A DNA stretch of 64,000 nt from Alphaproteobacteria bacterium (GTDB taxonomy: Bacteria; Pseudomonadota; Alphaproteobacteria; Bin95), in contig JAJDYL010000103.1 of the NCBI GenBank assembly GCA_022825195.1, forward strand, positions 7,874 to 71,873. Direction: 5' to 3'. Below are positions 58,483 through 64,000 of the stretch, piece after piece (the first letter of the stretch is position 1; every line of letters starts with the position of its first letter). The notes under the pieces were generated by a model. That model saw nothing but the letters and a program-made list of their open reading frames with translations. It did no database searches and was not told where the DNA came from. The translations under genes were made by a program, and so were the position numbers.

Positions 58483-59738
58483 ACGCGCCGGCCGGGATAG
58501 CGGACGGGAGAAAGGCCGGCCCCGCGGACCGGAGCCTGGAGGCGAAACTCAGACGCGCGGAGCGGCGCCGGTCGCTCAACGCCTTCCTGCTCGTCGCGCC
58601 TCTGCTTGCCTTCATTGTCGTGGTCTTCGCGGGGCCGATCCTCTCGCTTCTCTATTTCAGCGTGGACGACCCGAAGCTGGCGGAGGTCATGCCGCGGACC
58701 GCGCAAATCGTGGACGCCTGGGACGGGGCCGAACTCCCCGGCGAAGAGGCCTACGCCACCCTGGTCGAGGAGATCCGGACCGCCTACAAGGCCAGAACCG
58801 TCGCCGCCGCCGCGATGCGCCTCAACTACGAGATCAGCGGCTTCCGCAGCATGGTGATGCGCACGGGCCGGAAGATCCGCCGCATCACCGGACCTCCCTA
58901 CAAGGAGGCGCTCATCGGGCTCGACGAGCGCTGGGGCGACCTCGCCTACTGGCGGGCGATCAAGGCGTCGGCCGGGCCCTACACGACACGCTACCTGCTG
59001 GCCGCCGTCGATCTCCAACGGAAATGGGACGGCAGCATCGGCGCCGCCCCGCCCGAGCGCACCATCTATATCGACTACCTGAAGCGCACCTTCTGGATCA
59101 GTTTCTGGGTGCTCGCCTGCTGCATCGCCATCGGCTATCCGATGGCCTTCCTCATCGCCACCTCCGGGAAACGCTGGTCCCGGTTCCTGCTGGTGCTGGT
59201 GCTGCTGCCCTTCTGGACCTCGCTCCTGGTGCGCACGGCCGCCTGGGTGGTGCTGCTCCAGAACGAGGGCATCATCAACGATTTCCTGCTCTACGGCGGC
59301 ATCGTCGACGAGCCGCTCACGCTGATATTCAACCGCACGGGCGTCTATATCGCCATGGTGCACATCCTGCTCCCCTTCCTCGTCCTGCCGCTCTACGCGG
59401 TGATGCGGAACATTCCGGCGAGCCAGATGCGGGCCGCCGCCTCGCTCGGCGCCAGGCCCGTGGCCGCCTTCCTGTCCGTGTATCTGCCGCAGACGCTGCC
59501 CGGCCTCGGCGCGGGGTGCATACTGGTCTTCATCCTGGCGCTGGGCTTCTACATCACGCCCGCCCTCATCGGCGGCGCGGCGGACCAGATGTTGAGCTAC
59601 CTGATTGCCGAATTCGCCACCCGGACCGGCAATTGGGGCATGGCCAGCGCGATCGCCATCCTGCTGCTGCTGAGCGTGGCCGCCCTCTATCCGGTCTATC
59701 GCGGCCTGGTACGCGGCGGCACCTTCAGGTTCGGCTGA
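58479..59738 (+). CDS. ABC transporter permease (PotB/PotH-like, long N-terminus)
   Basis: Multi-TM; 4-nt overlap. Confidence 0.85.
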   Translation: MNAPAGIADGRKAGPADRSLEAKLRRAERRRSLNAFLLVAPLLAFIVVVFAGPILSLLYFSVDDPKLAEVMPRTAQIVDAWDGAELPGEEAYATLVEEIRTAYKARTVAAAAMRLNYEISGFRSMVMRTGRKIRRITGPPYKEALIGLDERWGDLAYWRAIKASAGPYTTRYLLAAVDLQRKWDGSIGAAPPERTIYIDYLKRTFWISFWVLACCIAIGYPMAFLIATSGKRWSRFLLVLVLLPFWTSLLVRTAAWVVLLQNEGIINDFLLYGGIVDEPLTLIFNRTGVYIAMVHILLPFLVLPLYAVMRNIPASQMRAAASLGARPVAAFLSVYLPQTLPGLGAGCILVFILALGFYITPALIGGAADQMLSYLIAEFATRTGNWGMASAIAILLLLSVAALYPVYRGLVRGGTFRFG

Positions 59739-59741
59739 CCG

Positions 59742-60572
59742 ATGGCAGTGCCCGTCAACGCCACACGCGGCCAGCATGTCTGGTACTGGTGCCTGCGGCT
59801 CATCTGCGCGACGGGCTTCATATTCCTGATCGGCCCCATCGTCATCATCGTGCCGATCTCGTTCAGTTCGGGAAGCTTCCTCAGCTATCCTCTGCCCGGC
59901 TTCTCGATGCGCTGGTACGACGCCGTCGTCGAGCCTTTCCCCTGGATGTTCGCGCTGGAGAACAGCCTGATCGTCGCCACCACGGTGACGGTCGTGGCCA
60001 CAGCGCTCGGGACCCTTGCCGCCTACGGGCTCACGCGCGCGGATTTCCCGGGCAAACCGCTCGTCTTCGGCCTCCTGATCTCGCCGCTGGCGGTGCCGCT
60101 CGTGATTACCGCGCTCGGCCTCTATTTCTTCTTCGCCAGAATCGGCCTCGTGCAGACCCATATCGGGCTGATTATCGCGCATGTCGTGCTCGCGGTGCCC
60201 TTTGTCGTCATCACGGTGTCCGCAACCCTGAAGGGCTTCGACTGGAACCTCGTGCGCGCCGCCGAAAGCCTTGGCGCGCCGCCGCTCGCCGCCTTCTTCC
60301 AGGTGACGCTGCCCTTGATCCTGCCGGGCGTGCTGGCGGGCGCGGTGTTCGCATTCGTCACCTCGCTGGACGAGGTCATCGTCGCCCTGTTCCTGAGCGG
60401 CCCGGCGCAATTGACGCTGCCGCGCCAGCTCTTCACCGGCCTGCGCGACCAGCTCGACCCGTCCATCGTGGCGATCGCGACCCTCCTGATCGCCTTTTCG
60501 ATCGCCCTGCTCGTCGTCGTGGAAGTGCTGCAATGGCGAAGCGCACGGCAGCGGTCGGCGCGCGCGGACTGA
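59742..60572 (+). CDS. ABC transporter permease (PotC/PotI-like)
   Basis: 6-TM. Confidence 0.85.
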   Translation: MAVPVNATRGQHVWYWCLRLICATGFIFLIGPIVIIVPISFSSGSFLSYPLPGFSMRWYDAVVEPFPWMFALENSLIVATTVTVVATALGTLAAYGLTRADFPGKPLVFGLLISPLAVPLVITALGLYFFFARIGLVQTHIGLIIAHVVLAVPFVVITVSATLKGFDWNLVRAAESLGAPPLAAFFQVTLPLILPGVLAGAVFAFVTSLDEVIVALFLSGPAQLTLPRQLFTGLRDQLDPSIVAIATLLIAFSIALLVVVEVLQWRSARQRSARAD

Positions 60573-60684
60573 GGGCGGCATGGCGCCGGGGGGAGGAAAC
60601 CGGTTGCCTATCGCGGTCCGGACTAGGAAACTGAGAGTTTGGAACAGCCAGAAAAGCCGGTTTCGGCGGAAAGGAGGAAAGGTC

Positions 60685-61746
60685 ATGAAAGCCATCGGGA
60701 GGAACCTTAAACCCCTTTTCGCCGTTGCGGCGGCGCTCGGCGTCCTTTCGGGAGCCGCCGAGGCCCGGGACTTCACCATTGCAAGCTGGGGCGGCACCTA
60801 CCAGGACGCACAGCGCGACGTGTATTTCACCCCTTTCAGCGAAGAGTCGGGCATCGCGTTCCTCGAGGACGTCTATCTCGGCGGCTGGGCCCAGTTCCAG
60901 GCCATGCAGGATACCGGGCAGATTCCCTGGGATGTCGTGCAGGTGGAGACGTCCGAACTGGTCCGGGGTTGCGAGGAAGGCGTCTTCGTCCAGCTCGACT
61001 GGTCGAAGCTCGTGCCCAGGGAGCAGATGCTGCCGGACGCGGTCACCGAATGCGGCGTGGGCATGCTGGTCTGGTCGGTGGTCATCGCCTACAACGCCGA
61101 CACGATCTCCAAGGCGCCGGCCACGCTCGCCGATTTCTGGGATACGAAGACCTGGCCGGGCAAGCGCGGCATGCGCAAGGGGCCGAAGCTCAACCTCGAA
61201 TATGCGCTGATGGCCGACGGCGTGGCGCCCGCGGACGTCTACAAGGTCCTCAACACGCCGGAAGGCGTGGACCGGGCGTTCGCCAAGCTGGATGAGGTCA
61301 AGCCGCTGGTGCAGTGGTGGGAAGCCGGCGCCCAGGCGCCCGAGTGGCTTGCCGCCGGCGATGTCGAGTTGAGCGTCGCCTATAACGGCCGGATCACCAA
61401 TGCCCAGAAGGATGGAAAGAACCTCCAGATGGTGTGGGACGGGACGATCTACGCCATCGATTCCTGGGCCATCATCGAGGGCGCGCCCAACCAGGACGCC
61501 GGTTATGCCTTCATCAAGTTCACGACCGATCCCGGTCGTCAGGCCTCGTTCACCAAGGCCTATGCCTACGGGCCGACGCACAAGGACGGCGTGGCGATGG
61601 TCGATCCGGAGCGGGCGAAGAGCCTGCCCGCAGGGGACAATCTGGCGACCGGCCTGTTCGGCGGCAGCCAGGAATCGATCAACTTCTGGGTCGATTACCA
61701 GGAGGAGCTGACCGAGCGCTGGAACCGCTGGGTCGCGCAGAACTGA
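60685..61746 (+). CDS. ABC transporter substrate-binding protein (PotD/PotF-like)
   Basis: Signal peptide MKAIGRNLKPLFAVAAALGVLSGAAEA; AAGGAGG RBS; trimmed from ORF 60580. Confidence 0.85.
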   Translation: MKAIGRNLKPLFAVAAALGVLSGAAEARDFTIASWGGTYQDAQRDVYFTPFSEESGIAFLEDVYLGGWAQFQAMQDTGQIPWDVVQVETSELVRGCEEGVFVQLDWSKLVPREQMLPDAVTECGVGMLVWSVVIAYNADTISKAPATLADFWDTKTWPGKRGMRKGPKLNLEYALMADGVAPADVYKVLNTPEGVDRAFAKLDEVKPLVQWWEAGAQAPEWLAAGDVELSVAYNGRITNAQKDGKNLQMVWDGTIYAIDSWAIIEGAPNQDAGYAFIKFTTDPGRQASFTKAYAYGPTHKDGVAMVDPERAKSLPAGDNLATGLFGGSQESINFWVDYQEELTERWNRWVAQN

Positions 61747-61798
61747 TCCTGCGGCGGCGGATGCGGGCCGTACCGGCCTGTATTCCGCCGCCGGATGT

Positions 61799-62449
61799 TC
61801 AGGCAGGCCGGAGCACGAAGTCGAAGCGGCCGCGCCATGCGCCTTCGGCGGTCCGGTCGAGGCGCATCAGCAACTCCTCCCGGTAGATGCCGTCCCGCGC
61901 ATTGCGGTCCGCGAGGTCCGGGAAATAGACCTGCGTGGTGAGCGGGCGCGTCGCCTTGCCCTGCGCCTTCACATGGATGTGCGGCGTGCGCCCGGTATAG
62001 CGGCCGGGCCGGATCGTCGCGAACCGGAAAGCCCCGTCGCTGTCGGTGAACTGGTGGCCCCGGTAGCGGAAGCCCCGATTGTCGTAGCGCCCGTTTTCGT
62101 CGCTGTGCCAGATGTCGATGACGGCGCCGGGCACGGGCCGGCAGTCCGGCGTCAGCACGAGGCCTTCGAAAATCAGCGTTTCGCCGTCCGTACCGGCTTC
62201 GCGCAGGTCGGTGCGGCGCGGGGTGGACGGCGTGTAGAACGGCCCTTCCGTCTGCGAACGCGTGCCCGGCGTGCAGGCGACCGGCGGCGCGAGCCCGAGA
62301 CCGCGGTCGCCGACCGCGTCCGGAAAGGCGTAGCCCAGCGGAGTCGAACGCGCACAGGCCACCAGCGGCATTGCCGCCGTGCCCGCCAGCCCCGCCAGGA
62401 CCGACCGTCTCGTCGCCCCGCATAACGACATGGGGCGAGGATAGCGCAT
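61799..62449 (-). CDS. intradiol ring-cleavage dioxygenase-family protein with a Tat-like leader
   Basis: …IWHSDENGRYDN…RPGRYTGRTPHIHVKAQ…; N-terminus has RRSVLAGLAGTAAMPLVA. Confidence 0.75.
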   Translation of the reverse strand: MRYPRPMSLCGATRRSVLAGLAGTAAMPLVACARSTPLGYAFPDAVGDRGLGLAPPVACTPGTRSQTEGPFYTPSTPRRTDLREAGTDGETLIFEGLVLTPDCRPVPGAVIDIWHSDENGRYDNRGFRYRGHQFTDSDGAFRFATIRPGRYTGRTPHIHVKAQGKATRPLTTQVYFPDLADRNARDGIYREELLMRLDRTAEGAWRGRFDFVLRPA

Positions 62450-62562
62450 TCCGGCGCGCGCGTCCGAGAAACTGTTTTGTTCGCATATATGGATATAATT
62501 ATCCGCAAGGGGCTTGCATTCTAGGAAATTATGCTACAATAGCTCCCAGGGCAGCGGTGTCC
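62450..62562 (+). promoter_or_regulatory. AT-rich promoter-like region (TTGCAT…CTACAAT; TATAAT-containing stretch) upstream of the terminase-like gene
   Basis: Read directly from …catatatggatataattatccgcaaggggcTTGCATtctaggaaattatgCTACAATagc…. Confidence 0.45.
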
Positions 62563-63480
62563 ATGGGTCCGCTTCCCGCCTCTCCGGCCCGGCGCCGGAA
62601 CGACCCCCTTTCGACGCACAGGCGAAGTGCGCCCGCCATCGCCCTCTCCACACGCCAGGAAGCCTTCTGCCGCCACTATGCCGTCTCCGGCAATGCCGCC
62701 GGCGCCGCAAGGCAGGCCGGCTATGCGGAGCGTTCCGCCCGCCAGACCGGCTGCGCCCTGCTGGAGCGGCCCTACATCATCGAGCGCCTGCGCCGCATCC
62801 GGCTCTCGTGGAAGCGCACGGAGAGGGACGAGGCGGGCATCCTGCTGGCCCGGCTGGAGCAGGCGTGGGACGCGGCCGTTGTCGCCGGGTCCGCCTACCT
62901 GATGCTGCGGGTGCTGCGCTTCCAGGCGGAGATCGTGGGGCTGGCCGGGTCCGGCGGCGGGAACCGGGCCCGGCTCTGGCCGGTGGCGCACGAGGACGAG
63001 CTCGGGGAGATCGAAGCCGGGGAGGCGCGGGAGGCGGGCACCGAACCCGGCCCGCTCGCCGAGGCCGTCGAGGAGCGCACGCGCCTGCCCGTCAGCTTCG
63101 CGGCCCCGGCCCCGGCGAACGACCTTCCCCCCGCCGACGACCCGCCGGAGGAGACCTGCGAATACTGCCCCTGGGACAGCGGCGACCGGGAGGGGGCCGA
63201 CCGGGACCGGAAGGACGACGACCGGGCCGACGGCGCGGAGCATGACTGGCTCCACCAGCGCCGCCACGGCTACGGCGACATCTACGACCCGTGGGCGCCG
63301 GAGGAGGTCGCGGAGCGCAGGCGGACCCGGCTCGAACGGGAAGCGGAGGACCGCTGCGCCCGCGAGGACCGGACCGGACCGGCGAAGAGGAAGAAGAAAA
63401 AGAAGAAGACCGGGCGGACGGGGACCGGTTCGACCGCGTGGATTTCGCCCCCGGCCATGACGGAACATGACAATTCATGA
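62563..63480 (+). CDS. phage terminase small subunit-like protein (Terminase_2-type HTH N-domain) with a low-complexity acidic/poly-Lys C-terminus
   Basis: …STRQEAFCRHYAVSGNAAGAARQAGYAERSARQTGCALLERPYIIERL… matches the TerS N-domain; the C-terminus is …KRKKKKKKTGRTG…. Trimmed to MGPLPASP…. Confidence 0.6.
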   Translation: MGPLPASPARRRNDPLSTHRRSAPAIALSTRQEAFCRHYAVSGNAAGAARQAGYAERSARQTGCALLERPYIIERLRRIRLSWKRTERDEAGILLARLEQAWDAAVVAGSAYLMLRVLRFQAEIVGLAGSGGGNRARLWPVAHEDELGEIEAGEAREAGTEPGPLAEAVEERTRLPVSFAAPAPANDLPPADDPPEETCEYCPWDSGDREGADRDRKDDDRADGAEHDWLHQRRHGYGDIYDPWAPEEVAERRRTRLEREAEDRCAREDRTGPAKRKKKKKKTGRTGTGSTAWISPPAMTEHDNS

Positions 63481-63595
63481 CATTTCCGGGAGGGTCCCCG
63501 CTCCCCGTTCGCGGGGCCGGCGGCCGTGCCCGGCAAACGGAAAAAGGGCCGGCTTGGGAGCCGGCCCTTTCCCTGTCCTTGCGCCCGGAGGCGGG

Positions 63596-64000
63596 TCAGA
63601 CGGTATCGCCCATGGGCAGGTCGCGCATGCGCTTGCCGGTCGCGTGGAAGACTGCATTGCCGATCGCCGGCGCAACGGGCGGCACGCCCGGCTCGCCCAC
63701 GCCCGAGGCGTGGACCGAGAAGGGATGCGGCACGATGTGCGTGTGCACCTTCTCGGGGAAGTTGTCCGAACGCACCATCTGGTAGTCATGGTAGTTCGAC
63801 TGCACGGCCGCGCCGTCCTCGAAGGTGACGCCGCTGTAAAGCGCGATGGTCATGCCCTGCACGGCCGAGCCCTCCATCTGGCTGCGGATCCGCTCCGGAT
63901 TGGCCGCGAAGCCGCAGTCCACCGCCATGTGAATCTCCGGCACGGTGATCCTGCCGTCCACGACCTTCACGCGGGCGCAGGCCGCCACATAGGTGACGAA
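63596..64000 (-). CDS. xanthine dehydrogenase-family molybdopterin-binding subunit (IorB-like), C-terminal end; gene continues beyond the window
   Basis: …GVGEPGVPPVAPAIGNAVFHATGKRMRDLPMGDTV*. Confidence 0.75.
   Translation of the reverse strand, partial: FVTYVAACARVKVVDGRITVPEIHMAVDCGFAANPERIRSQMEGSAVQGMTIALYSGVTFEDGAAVQSNYHDYQMVRSDNFPEKVHTHIVPHPFSVHASGVGEPGVPPVAPAIGNAVFHATGKRMRDLPMGDTV

Overview
This is a 64-kb high-GC, gene-dense chromosomal segment. Its gene content looks alphaproteobacterial (Rhizobiales-like): lgt–midA-like–pgeF, dapF–mtaB–ftsY, uvrA, cimA, a Thr-tRNA, and many 4-nt ATGA/GTGA start/stop overlaps. I call about 65 CDSs. They are mostly catabolic and transport genes (three family-III CoA-transferases, four VOC proteins, peptide and polyamine-type ABC importers) plus housekeeping genes. 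Four things stand out. (1) A putative selenoprotein of the 'UGSC' type has an in-frame TGA that the ORF track splits into two ORFs. It is ATGA-coupled to an upstream CxxC (thioredoxin/glutaredoxin-like) fusion protein, and a hairpin lies just 3' of the TGA. (2) A 1.35-kb non-coding island (24988-26332) contains an imperfect tandem ~230-bp duplication. It carries six copies of TGTCATG, arranged as 10-bp-period direct-repeat arrays with inverted termini; this is Pho-box-like or iteron-like. (3) A 0.5-kb AT-rich island lies in otherwise GC-rich DNA, next to the selenoprotein operon and a lysR gene. (4) There are three toxin–antitoxin-type loci: a degraded higB with an intact higA, a vapBC pair, and an orphan HigA-like gene. 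An orphan phage terminase-small-subunit-like gene has an AT-rich promoter. All functional calls rest on my recognition of protein motifs in the provided translations; no database search was run. Many long ORFs in the track are high-GC antisense or extension artefacts and were trimmed or rejected.
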